Assembly: GCA_017456765.1 (NCBI GenBank)
Contig: JAFTIR010000003.1
Span: 34,198 to 98,197, forward strand
Origin: Clostridia bacterium
Lineage (GTDB): Bacteria > Bacillota > Clostridia > Oscillospirales > CAG-382
Length of the DNA: 64,000 nt
Direction: 5' to 3'
Of this stretch, positions 34,601 to 42,865 are shown piece after piece. Position numbers and translations under genes: made by a program. Each line of letters begins with the position of its first letter. Within the stretch, counting starts at the first letter, position 1. The notes below the pieces were generated by a model. That model saw nothing but the letters and a program-made list of their open reading frames with translations. It was not told where the DNA came from and did no database searches.

Positions 34601-35329
34601 ATGATCATGTTTAAAAATAAAAGCAAAAAATCAACAAGAACATTTGATACAATTCTGAGAAATCCTGTTTTTAGAGTTGTTGAAGCGTATAAGACATTAA
34701 GAACAAATATACTTTTCTCTGTGCCCGCAGTTGAGGGTCGCTCCAAGAGATTCGTATTTACAAGTGCAAACCCCAATGAAGGTAAGTCTACCGTAAGTGT
34801 AAATACGGCAATTACCTTTGCACAGCAGACAGACGTAAAGGTACTTCTTATAGACGCAGACCTCAGAAAAGCAACAACACACAAGTATTTTGGTGTTTCT
34901 TCAAAGAAGGGACTTTCCAATTACCTTGCAGGTCAGGACGAGCTTGAGAACTGTATCCAGAAGTTGCCGGACGTAGAGAATTTCTATATCATGCCTTCGG
35001 GCGTTCTTCCTCCCAATCCGTCAGAGCTTCTTTCGGGCAAACATATGGAAAGCCTTTTTGCGGAACTCGATAAAATATTTGACGTAGTAATCATAGATAC
35101 TCCTCCTGTTAACATAGTAGCAGATGCACTTTCGATTTGTCCCTTTGTTGACGGTGTTATTGTTGTTGCAACAGATAACAAAACAACCTATAATGAGCTT
35201 CAGGATGCTGTTAAGCAGCTCAAGGTTGTTGATGCAAAGATTCTTGGAGTTGTTCTCAACAGAACCAGAATCAGTAACTACAGAAAACGTCAGAAGTACA
35301 GTAATTATTACAGAACAGAAGAAGTATAA
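34601..35329 (+). CDS. CpsD/CapB-family bacterial tyrosine (BY) autokinase
   Basis: Walker A is TSANPNEGKSTVSVN, Walker A' is LLIDADLRK and Walker B is VVIIDTPP. The Tyr-rich C-terminal tail reads SNYRKRQKYSNYYRTEE. Confidence 0.85.
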   Translation: MIMFKNKSKKSTRTFDTILRNPVFRVVEAYKTLRTNILFSVPAVEGRSKRFVFTSANPNEGKSTVSVNTAITFAQQTDVKVLLIDADLRKATTHKYFGVSSKKGLSNYLAGQDELENCIQKLPDVENFYIMPSGVLPPNPSELLSGKHMESLFAELDKIFDVVIIDTPPVNIVADALSICPFVDGVIVVATDNKTTYNELQDAVKQLKVVDAKILGVVLNRTRISNYRKRQKYSNYYRTEEV

Positions 35330-35374
35330 TTCTTTAACAGCAAAACCTCTCCTTGCGGAGAGGTTTCTTTATAT

Positions 35375-36154
35375 TCAGTTGTTGTAGTCTGAAATGCTGC
35401 GTATAAGCATGGAGGCATTGGCGCCTGTAAGGGTTGTGGGTTCTTCGGAGCCTGCAGGTTCTGTGATTGTAACGTTGAGGCTGAGTGTTGTGTCTGTGGG
35501 GAGATTTACCACAAAAGAGCCGGCAATGTCAAATGTCTGATCGACGGCGGTTGTAGTAAAGGAGCGGGAATATTCGGGATGAAGTGCACCGAGATATTCG
35601 GGTGTGATTGTTATTGTTGCACCCGTGGTATCAGCAGTAGCATTAAGTGAATATTCTACCGAGTAGATTCCTTCATCAAGACTTACCGTTCCTCCTGTTG
35701 TGCCTCTTCCAAGCTCGCCTGAGCCTATTACAAAGCGAAGGGGAATAATGGAGCCTGTTGTAAGGGTACTTCCTGTTGAGTTAAAAAAAGCGTAGGTGCC
35801 TCTCTGATCATCATTGTTGTTGCCGCAACCGCAGTTGTTGCCACATCCGCAGTTACTGCCACATCCGCAGTTGCTACCGCAACCGCATCCGCAACCGTTC
35901 CACCAAGGATTGTTCCAGCAGGAATTGCAGGGACGTGTGCCGGGAGGGCAGGTGCCGCAAACCGAGTTCTGAGGAGGGAAGGGGAAGTGAGGACGCACGC
36001 ATCCGCATGAATTGCAGCCTGTGTTTGTTCCGCCTACACCTGAGCAGGAATTACAACTGCAGGTATTTGTGCCGCCAACACCCGAGCAGGAGGAGCATCT
36101 CCTGCAGGAATTTCTGCCTGATATATTGTTATAATTGCTATTACAAAAGCTCAT
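35375..36154 (-). CDS. Cys/Gly-repeat protein with a BclA-like (C1q/TNF-like) C-terminal domain; candidate spore-surface protein
   Basis: The N-terminal ~125 aa are extremely Cys-rich with repeats CS(S/N)CSGVGGTNT x2 and CGCG(S/N)N x4. The C-terminal ~140 aa (GTYAFFNSTGSTLTTGSIIPLRF...GIYSVEYSL...) resemble exosporium BclA/BclB C-terminal domains. No signal peptide is present. Start is set at MSFCNSNY. Confidence 0.5.
   Translation of the reverse strand: MSFCNSNYNNISGRNSCRRCSSCSGVGGTNTCSCNSCSGVGGTNTGCNSCGCVRPHFPFPPQNSVCGTCPPGTRPCNSCWNNPWWNGCGCGCGSNCGCGSNCGCGNNCGCGNNNDDQRGTYAFFNSTGSTLTTGSIIPLRFVIGSGELGRGTTGGTVSLDEGIYSVEYSLNATADTTGATITITPEYLGALHPEYSRSFTTTAVDQTFDIAGSFVVNLPTDTTLSLNVTITEPAGSEEPTTLTGANASMLIRSISDYNN
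35816..35892 (-). repeat. In-frame tandem repeat, 18-nt period (codes CGCG(S/N)N x4)
   Basis: The plus strand reads GTTGCCGCAACCGCAGTT / GTTGCCACATCCGCAGTT / ACTGCCACATCCGCAGTT / GCTACCGCAACCGCATCC. Confidence 0.7.
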
Positions 36155-36344
36155 AGAAATAGTCCTTTCCAAAGCGTATTTGACAAATTGCTTTGTCACT
36201 ATATACTATGAATCAAATTCCACTTTTGCCTTTTCGGGACACGATAGGTCGGTTGAATTTCCTTGCAAAAACTTGCTGTAAAGTATTGCAAAAAGGGCTA
36301 AAAAGTATTATACTTTTAATATATGATTTTTATGAGGTGATATT

Positions 36345-37115
36345 ATGTTTAAGGAACTTGGTTTTCAGCTTTATACAATGAGGGAATATATAAAAAACCC
36401 TGAGATTTGTGATGTTGCTTTAGGTAAAGTAAAGGCCCTCGGTTATACCGAATGTCACGGCGCATGTATGGAAGATAAACCTTATTTGTTTGACTTACTG
36501 AAAAAGCATGGTATTCTTCTCACGGGTAATCACTATGATTTGAATTTGATCAAGGCAGACCCCGAAAAGGTACTCGAAAAGCACGCAGAATGTGGGGCAA
36601 AGACCATCGGTACAGGTGCTATGTGGGGAGATACAGCAAGAGACTACGATAAGCTCATGGAGTATATCGAAGACTTCAATAACCTTGCTGAAACCTGCTC
36701 AAAGTACGGCTTTAAGCTTACATATCATAACCATAGCTTTGAATTCACAAGAATCAAGGGCTATAAAACAATTATGGATGTGCTTTACGAAAACTTAAAT
36801 CCCTCTACAACCTCATTTGTTCTTGACACCTGCTGGGTTGCGGCAGGCGGACATGATGTTATAGACTGGATGGAAAAATTAAAGGGCAGAATAGATATTC
36901 TTCACCTTAAAGATTTGTACATGAAGTATGACCAGAACAGAGTTGTTCCCGCTGACACGGAAATCGGCAACGGTAGTCTTAATTGGGATAAGATTATGGC
37001 AAAGGCTGAGGAAATCGGTGTTAAGTATTACTGCGTTGAGCAGGACACCTGTGAATATGATTCCATAAAGAGCCTCGGTATGAGTGCGGAGTTTTTGAAA
37101 AAATATATGGCGTAA
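36345..37115 (+). CDS. Sugar phosphate isomerase/epimerase (xylose-isomerase-like TIM barrel)
   Basis: Carries KLTYHNHSFEF, VLDTCW, ILHLKD and VEQD, the metal-ligand pattern of the AP_endonuc_2 / IolE-like fold. Confidence 0.78.
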   Translation: MFKELGFQLYTMREYIKNPEICDVALGKVKALGYTECHGACMEDKPYLFDLLKKHGILLTGNHYDLNLIKADPEKVLEKHAECGAKTIGTGAMWGDTARDYDKLMEYIEDFNNLAETCSKYGFKLTYHNHSFEFTRIKGYKTIMDVLYENLNPSTTSFVLDTCWVAAGGHDVIDWMEKLKGRIDILHLKDLYMKYDQNRVVPADTEIGNGSLNWDKIMAKAEEIGVKYYCVEQDTCEYDSIKSLGMSAEFLKKYMA

Positions 37116-37127
37116 AGGAAGATAATA

Positions 37128-38288
37128 ATGGACATCAGAGAAGAATCACTCAAAAAACACTACGAATGGAAAGGAAAAATTTCCATTAAAACAAATGTAA
37201 AGGCAGATACTGCCGAGGCACTTGCTTTGGCTTATACTCCCGGCGTTGCAGAACCCTGTCTTGCAATAAAGGAAGACGTAAGCAAATCCTTTGACCTTAC
37301 ACGAAGATGGAATACCGTTGCCGTTATTACAGACGGTACGGCAGTGTTGGGTCTTGGCGATATTGGACCTGAAGCGGGAATGCCCGTAATGGAGGGCAAG
37401 TGTTTGCTGTTTAAGGAATACGGCGATATTGATGCTATACCCCTTTGTATAAGAAGCAAGGATGTCGATGAAATTGTAAGAACTGTTGAGCTTTTGTGCG
37501 GCTCCTTTGGAGGCGTAAACCTTGAGGATATAGCAGCCCCAAGATGCTTTGAAATTGAGAGAAAGCTCAAAGAGCGGTGCGATATTCCCATATTCCATGA
37601 CGACCAGCACGGTACGGCTGTAATTGCTGTTGCGGCACTCTTGAATACTCTTCGCCTTACGGGCAAGAAAATAGAAGAAATAAAGGTCGTAATCAATGGT
37701 GCGGGCGCAGCAGGCTGTGCAATTGGCAGACTTATGCTCAAGGTTGGCGTTAAAAATCTTGTTATGTGTGATAAAAACGGAGCAATTTGTGAGGGCGACG
37801 AGCAGATGAACTTTGAGCATGAAGAGCTTTCACACATTACAAACCCTGGTCACGAAAGAGGAACTCTTTCCGATGTTATGAAGGGCGCGGATTTCTTCCT
37901 CGGACTATCCCGACCAAATCTTGTTTCGCCCGAAATGGTTATGAGCATGAATAAGGACGCGGCTGTCTTTGCCATGGCAAACCCCACACCCGAAATTATG
38001 CCGGATGAGGCAAAGAAGGCGGGAGCGAGAATTGTCGGCACAGGCAGAAGCGATTTTCCGAATCAGATAAATAATGTGCTTGCTTTCCCGGGTATTTTCC
38101 GCGGCGCGCTCGATGCAAGAGCAAAGGCAATCACAGAGGAAATGAAACTTGCTGCTTCCTATGCCATTGCAGGTCTTATCTCTGATGAAGAACTGAACGA
38201 AGATTATATTCTTCCTGCGGCGTTCGACCCGAGAGTATGTAAGACGGTAGCTGCGGCAGTAAAGAAGTGTGCCGAGGAGAATAAATAG
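37128..38288 (+). CDS. NAD(P)-dependent malic enzyme (short form, no PTA domain)
   Basis: Carries LAYTPGVAEPC, VITDGTAVLGLGDIG, FGGVNLEDI, FHDDQHGTA and the Rossmann motif INGAGAAG. Confidence 0.9.
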   Translation: MDIREESLKKHYEWKGKISIKTNVKADTAEALALAYTPGVAEPCLAIKEDVSKSFDLTRRWNTVAVITDGTAVLGLGDIGPEAGMPVMEGKCLLFKEYGDIDAIPLCIRSKDVDEIVRTVELLCGSFGGVNLEDIAAPRCFEIERKLKERCDIPIFHDDQHGTAVIAVAALLNTLRLTGKKIEEIKVVINGAGAAGCAIGRLMLKVGVKNLVMCDKNGAICEGDEQMNFEHEELSHITNPGHERGTLSDVMKGADFFLGLSRPNLVSPEMVMSMNKDAAVFAMANPTPEIMPDEAKKAGARIVGTGRSDFPNQINNVLAFPGIFRGALDARAKAITEEMKLAASYAIAGLISDEELNEDYILPAAFDPRVCKTVAAAVKKCAEENK

Positions 38289-38348
38289 AGTTAATAAAAA
38301 ACAAACCCGTGTGACTAAAAATCACACGGGTTAATTTATGCCTTGATT

Positions 38349-39893
38349 TTATGCATCTTCAGCAAGTCTTGCTTTAATATCGCTGAAAGCCTTTTCTGTT
38401 ATTGCCACATCCGGCTTCTTTGTAATAAGGCTGACAATCGGAACGAGGATAAGACCTGCAACCATTGCGAAAGCACCGCAGTTAATAGGTGACTGGAGAA
38501 GTGTGGGGAAGGAGCTTCTGAAAAGAAGGTTTACAATCATGATGCCTGCACCGAATATCATGGAAACCCAACAAGCAGCCTTTGTAACCCATTTTGCGTA
38601 GAGACCGTAGAGGAAGGGAGCAAGGAATGCACCTGCAAGAGCACCCCACGATACGCCCATGAGCTGTGCTATGAATGCAACTGCACCACCCTCGGCCTTG
38701 TGCTGGAAGATGGCAATTACTGCAGAGATTACGATGAATACAACGATAAATACACGCATTACCGAAACCTGCTTCTTTTCGCTCATATTCTTGGAAATAT
38801 TGTCCTTTACAAAGTCAAGTGTAAGAGTCGAGCTTGATGCAAGAACAAGGGAAGAAAGTGTTGACATGGATGCCGAAAGTACAAGTACAATAACGATTGC
38901 CATAAGTAAATCGGGAAGACTTTCGAGCATCTTGGGTATAACTGTGTCAAATCCGCCGACAGGAACATCGTTCACTGCTTCTACACCCGAAATTCTGGCA
39001 AAACCGCCGAGGAAGTAGCAACCGCCTGCAACGATAACTGCGAAAATGGTAGAGATTATTGTGCCGCGGCTGATGGCCTTTTCGCTCTTGATTGCGTAGA
39101 ACTTCTGAACCATCTGAGGAAGTCCCCATGTGCCGAGAGAAGTAAGTATTACAACACCGAGAAGATTCAATGGATCAGGACCGAACATGGAAGCAAATGC
39201 ACCGGGAGCTGACGCAGGACCTGCTGTTTTGGGAACGGGAACGATTGAGAGCTCGTTAAGTGCACCGATAAATCCGCCGTGGCTCGAAAGAACAGCACCG
39301 ATAACTGCTACGATACCAACGAGCATGATGGTGCCCTGAATGAAATCGCTTATAGCTGTCGCCATGTAACCACCCGCAATAACGTAGATGCCTGTGAGAA
39401 TGGACATGCTGATTACGCACCACATGTAGTCGATTCCGAATGCCATTTCAAACAGACGGGAAAGACCGTTGTAGAGAGACGCAGTGTAGGGGATAAGGAA
39501 AATAAATGTAATAGCGGAAGCCACAACCTTGAGAGCCTTTGAACCGTATCTCCTTTCAAAGAACTCAGGCATTGTGGATGAACCGAGAGTCTGTGTCATA
39601 ATTCTTGTTCTTCTGCCGAGAACAACCCACGCAAGAAGTGAACCGAGTATTGCATTGCCTATACCAATCCATGTTGAAGCAATACCGTATTTCCAACCGA
39701 ACTGTCCTGCGTAACCGATAAAGATTACGGCAGAAAAGTAAGATGTTCCGTAAGCAAAAGCAGTAAGCCAGGGACCTACACTTCTTCCACCGAGAACAAA
39801 TCCGTTAACGTCGGTTGCTGATTTTCTGCAGTAGATTCCGATACCTACCATAAGCGCGAAGAATACTACCAGCAGTGTGATTTTAATTACCAT
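38349..39893 (-). CDS. Sodium:solute symporter (SSS family); predicted tyrosine-related uptake because of its T-box leader
   Basis: About 13 hydrophobic segments with GGRSVGPWLTAFAYGTSYFSAVIFIGYAG, typical of the SSS family. AAAGGGTGG precedes ATG 39893, while the track starts at GTG 39902. Confidence 0.85.
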   Translation of the reverse strand: MVIKITLLVVFFALMVGIGIYCRKSATDVNGFVLGGRSVGPWLTAFAYGTSYFSAVIFIGYAGQFGWKYGIASTWIGIGNAILGSLLAWVVLGRRTRIMTQTLGSSTMPEFFERRYGSKALKVVASAITFIFLIPYTASLYNGLSRLFEMAFGIDYMWCVISMSILTGIYVIAGGYMATAISDFIQGTIMLVGIVAVIGAVLSSHGGFIGALNELSIVPVPKTAGPASAPGAFASMFGPDPLNLLGVVILTSLGTWGLPQMVQKFYAIKSEKAISRGTIISTIFAVIVAGGCYFLGGFARISGVEAVNDVPVGGFDTVIPKMLESLPDLLMAIVIVLVLSASMSTLSSLVLASSSTLTLDFVKDNISKNMSEKKQVSVMRVFIVVFIVISAVIAIFQHKAEGGAVAFIAQLMGVSWGALAGAFLAPFLYGLYAKWVTKAACWVSMIFGAGIMIVNLLFRSSFPTLLQSPINCGAFAMVAGLILVPIVSLITKKPDVAITEKAFSDIKARLAEDA

Positions 39894-39937
39894 TATTACC
39901 ACCCTTTCATTTTTTGTTTGCAGAGGACATATGGTAA

Positions 39938-40247
39938 TAAAAAAGCCCTCTGCTGTTTTCAGCAGAGGACGAACTTTATCGTGGTACCACCTCAGTTTGC
40001 ATCTATCTCACGATAAATGCCTTTGAAGGTTACGCTTATAGTGAAATGAAAATCTTATCAGCTACAAATCTATAACCTCACCGCTATAACGTGCGGACAC
40101 GGTACCGCCTACCAACAACCCACATAGGATGCCTTCGGAGTACGGCTCTCGAAATGTATTCGCAAATCAATGCAGCTACTGTCTTGCACCACCCGACAGC
40201 TCTCTGAAGTCTGCTTTTTGAAAAGCTACTTGTTTTCGGTCAACGCC
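39938..40247 (-). promoter_or_regulatory. T-box riboswitch leader, specifier UAC (Tyr), with terminator
   Basis: Minus-strand elements are as follows.
- Stem I base/K-turn: GGCGUUGACCGAAA pairing with UUUCGAGAGCC.
- AGUA in the 5' half of the specifier loop.
- AG bulge and distal loop: CAGAGAGCUGUCGGGUGGUGCAAGACAG.
- Specifier GAA-UAC-A (codon at 40156..40158).
- T-box sequence GGUGGUACCACG (39980..39991).
- Terminator CCUCUGCUG-aaaa-CAGCAGAGG plus a U-run (39940..39969). Confidence 0.8.
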
Positions 40248-40263
40248 TTTATTTGTTGTAAAG

Positions 40264-40275
40264 ATTTTAGCACAC
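40264..40275 (-). promoter_or_regulatory. Extended -10 promoter element for the T-box leader
   Basis: The minus strand reads TGcTAAAAT (TAAAAT 40269..40264), about 17 nt upstream of the Stem I base. The -35 is weak. Confidence 0.35.
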
Positions 40276-40319
40276 TAAATCACTAAAATCCACAGTATTT
40301 TGTGAACAAAACAAAGAAA

Positions 40320-41645
40320 TTATATTAACTTGTTTGCTTCGAAATAAGAGTAGGTTGTTATAATTGCCTTTTCAAAATCCTTGTTGTCGACACCCACGAT
40401 GATGTTGAGTTCACTTGAACCCTGGTCAATCATCTTGATGTTGATGTCAGCAGCGGCAAGGGAATTGAAGAGCGCCGCAGCAGTACCCTTTGCGTTTTTC
40501 ATTCCGCGACCAACAACAGCGATAAGCGCGATGTTCTTTTCAACGCCGATTGTGTCAGGACTGCAACTTTCGATAAGGTCAGCAATAATATCGTCTTCCT
40601 TGCCCGAAAGCTCGTGGTCGTTTATAACAACACTCATTGTGTCGATACCTGAGGGAAGATGCTCAAAGGAAAGGTCGTGACGTTCAAGTACCTGAAGAAG
40701 TCTTCTTCCAAAGCCCTTTTCTTCGTTCATCATGTCCTTTTCAAGAGTGAGAACCGAGAAGTCCTTCTTGCCGGCAATACCTGTAATTACGGTTTTGTCA
40801 GCCGCAGGATCTGTATGGGTAACAATCATTGTACCCGGGTCATCGGGAGCGTTGGTGTTCTTAATGTGAATGGGAATACCTGCCGCCTTTACGGGGAAGA
40901 TGGAGTCTGCGTGAAGAACGCTCGCACCCATGTAGGAGAGTTCTCTGAGTTCCTTGTAGGTAATAACAGAGATGTACTTGGGATTGTCGACAATTCTGGG
41001 GTCTGCAATCATAAAGCCGGAAACGTCGGTCCAGTTTTCGTATTCGTCAGCGTGAGCAGCACGTGCAACGATAGCACCTGTGATGTCACTTCCGCCTCTT
41101 GAAAATGTCTTGATTGTGTCGTTGGGCATTTTGCCGTAGAAGCCGGGGATTACCGCATTTTCACAGCCCCTCAGTCTTTCGCTCATTATGTCATTTGTCT
41201 TTTCGGAATCGAAGGTGCCGTCATTTTTGAAGAATATAACATCGGCAGCATCAATAAACTCAAAACCGAGATGTTTTGCGAGAATGATACCGTTGAGGTA
41301 TTCGCCGCGGCTTGCCGCATAGTCACGGCCTGCTCTGCCAATGAAGCTGAGCTTTAAAAGCTCAAATTCCTTTTCGAGAGAAAGATCAAGTCCGAGACCT
41401 TCAATAATAAGATTGTATCTTTCCTTTATTTCTTCAAAAGCGGAAGAATCCTGTCCCTTTGAAAATTCGTCGTAGCATTTGTAGAGAAGGTCTGTAACCT
41501 TGTTGTCCTCCTTGAAACGCTTGCCCGGCGCAGAGGGAACTACGTACTTTCTGTCGCGGTCTGAAAGAACTATGTCCGCAACCTTTTTGAACTGCTCGGC
41601 ACTTGCCAAAGAGCTGCCGCCGAACTTTGTAACCTTGATGCTCAT
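40320..41645 (-). CDS. Aspartate kinase (monofunctional, with C-terminal ACT domains)
   Basis: Begins VTKFGGSSLASAEQF, has an amino-acid-kinase fold, and carries two ACT-like repeats at the C-terminus. Confidence 0.9.
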   Translation of the reverse strand: MSIKVTKFGGSSLASAEQFKKVADIVLSDRDRKYVVPSAPGKRFKEDNKVTDLLYKCYDEFSKGQDSSAFEEIKERYNLIIEGLGLDLSLEKEFELLKLSFIGRAGRDYAASRGEYLNGIILAKHLGFEFIDAADVIFFKNDGTFDSEKTNDIMSERLRGCENAVIPGFYGKMPNDTIKTFSRGGSDITGAIVARAAHADEYENWTDVSGFMIADPRIVDNPKYISVITYKELRELSYMGASVLHADSIFPVKAAGIPIHIKNTNAPDDPGTMIVTHTDPAADKTVITGIAGKKDFSVLTLEKDMMNEEKGFGRRLLQVLERHDLSFEHLPSGIDTMSVVINDHELSGKEDDIIADLIESCSPDTIGVEKNIALIAVVGRGMKNAKGTAAALFNSLAAADINIKMIDQGSSELNIIVGVDNKDFEKAIITTYSYFEANKLI

Positions 41646-41672
41646 AATGTGAACCTCACCTTTATAGAAATA

Positions 41673-42329
41673 TTACTTTAAAACATAGAGATAAACTGCA
41701 AAGAAGTGTGTTATGCTTCCTGCAAGTACGAAGAAATGCCATACCGAGTGCATGTATTTGTACTTCTTCATGGCATAGAAAATAATGCCGACTGTGTAGC
41801 ATATGCCGCCGATGAGAAGGAAAACAAGTCCACCCATGGGAAGCCTTGCAATTACACTTTTGCCGCCAAGAACTACCGCCCAGCCCATGACAATGTAGCT
41901 GATGATTGAAAATACCTTGAACTTTTCAATGCTTATGGCGTTTAGAACAATACCGAGAACAGCAATGCCCCAAACAATACCAAACAGTACCCAGCCGATA
42001 GCGCCTTTTAGTGTAACGAGGGTTATCGGAGTGTAGGTACCTGCAATGAGAAGATAAATTGATGTATGGTCAAAAACGCGGAAAACACGTCTTGCGGTTT
42101 TGTTGGTTATTGCGTGGTAAAGAGTAGACATGCAGTAAAGAATAACAAGTGTTGAGCCGTAAATCGAAGCACCAACAACGCCTGCAGCACCAACAATGTC
42201 AATGTTGATTGCCGCGCGCACAATGCAAAGCACAAGTGCTGCAACCGAAAGACATGCGCCGATTCCGTGGCTTATGGAGTTTGTGAGTTCTTCGCCGAGC
42301 GTATATGTCGGAAGAGCTTTTTTTGTCAT
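41673..42329 (-). CDS. Hemolysin III / PAQR-family membrane protein
   Basis: Seven TM segments with NSISHGIG, LYHA, DHTSIYLLIAGTYTP and HSVWHFFVLAGSITHF. GGAGGT precedes ATG 42329. Confidence 0.88.
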   Translation of the reverse strand: MTKKALPTYTLGEELTNSISHGIGACLSVAALVLCIVRAAINIDIVGAAGVVGASIYGSTLVILYCMSTLYHAITNKTARRVFRVFDHTSIYLLIAGTYTPITLVTLKGAIGWVLFGIVWGIAVLGIVLNAISIEKFKVFSIISYIVMGWAVVLGGKSVIARLPMGGLVFLLIGGICYTVGIIFYAMKKYKYMHSVWHFFVLAGSITHFFAVYLYVLK

Positions 42330-42614
42330 ACCTTTTACCTCCGTTATATTATATTTGAGCAAGTTTCAGTCTGTCAAACGAGAAACTTTCCAGTTTATAC
42401 CTTAATATTATATCCACTTAATAGTGTACTGTCAATATTTTTTGTCGATTGTTTACAAAATAAAGCTGTTATTTTTGCTGAAAAACTGAAAATGTTAAGA
42501 AAATTTAAAAAAGGTATTGACAAAATCACCTACAGATGATATAACATAATTGTAAACAAAACGTTATGTATTTTTGGACGTCATGTTTTAACTTTGTAAA
42601 GGGAAGATTACAAA

Positions 42615-42806
42615 ATGAAAAAGGGATTTTCTGTTGAACTTAAGATAATATTTACTGCGGTCGTTGTGTTGCTTACACTTTTTACGGCTGTTGTTGCTAT
42701 GCAGATTTTCCGAAACAATAACGAAAATATGACTTTTGTTTACAATTCGGCAAGCACTGAATTTGTTTCGGAAGTTAATATTTTCGACATTTTCTCTAAG
42801 ATTTGA
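42615..42806 (+). CDS. Small hypothetical membrane protein (63 aa)
   Basis: It has its own promoter-like TTGACA-17-TATAAC about 70 nt upstream, one TM helix and a terminator directly downstream. The SD is weak and I recognise no family. Confidence 0.3.
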   Translation: MKKGFSVELKIIFTAVVVLLTLFTAVVAMQIFRNNNENMTFVYNSASTEFVSEVNIFDIFSKI

Positions 42807-42826
42807 CACAAAAAACAGTATAAAAA

Positions 42827-42857
42827 TAAAACCTGCGTTAAAAAACGCAGGTTTTTT
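42827..42857. terminator. Bidirectional terminator
   Basis: AACCTGCGT-taaaaa-ACGCAGGTT is flanked by A- and T-runs. Confidence 0.6.
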
Positions 42858-42865
42858 GTTTGCAT

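Noticed and set aside
40098-40109. A second T-box-like sequence (minus strand GGCGGUACCGUG), suggesting a tandem T-box.
   Set aside because: It is not followed by a terminator or antiterminator alternative, and it falls where Stem II / IIA-B of a single ~300-nt leader is expected. Only one specifier loop and one K-turn are visible.
42615-42806. The small ORF read as a type IV pilin or pseudopilin (N-terminus MKKGFSVELK).
   Set aside because: The putative processing motif has Glu at +4 rather than +5 after the Gly, and no pilus assembly genes are nearby. It is kept only as a low-confidence hypothetical CDS.
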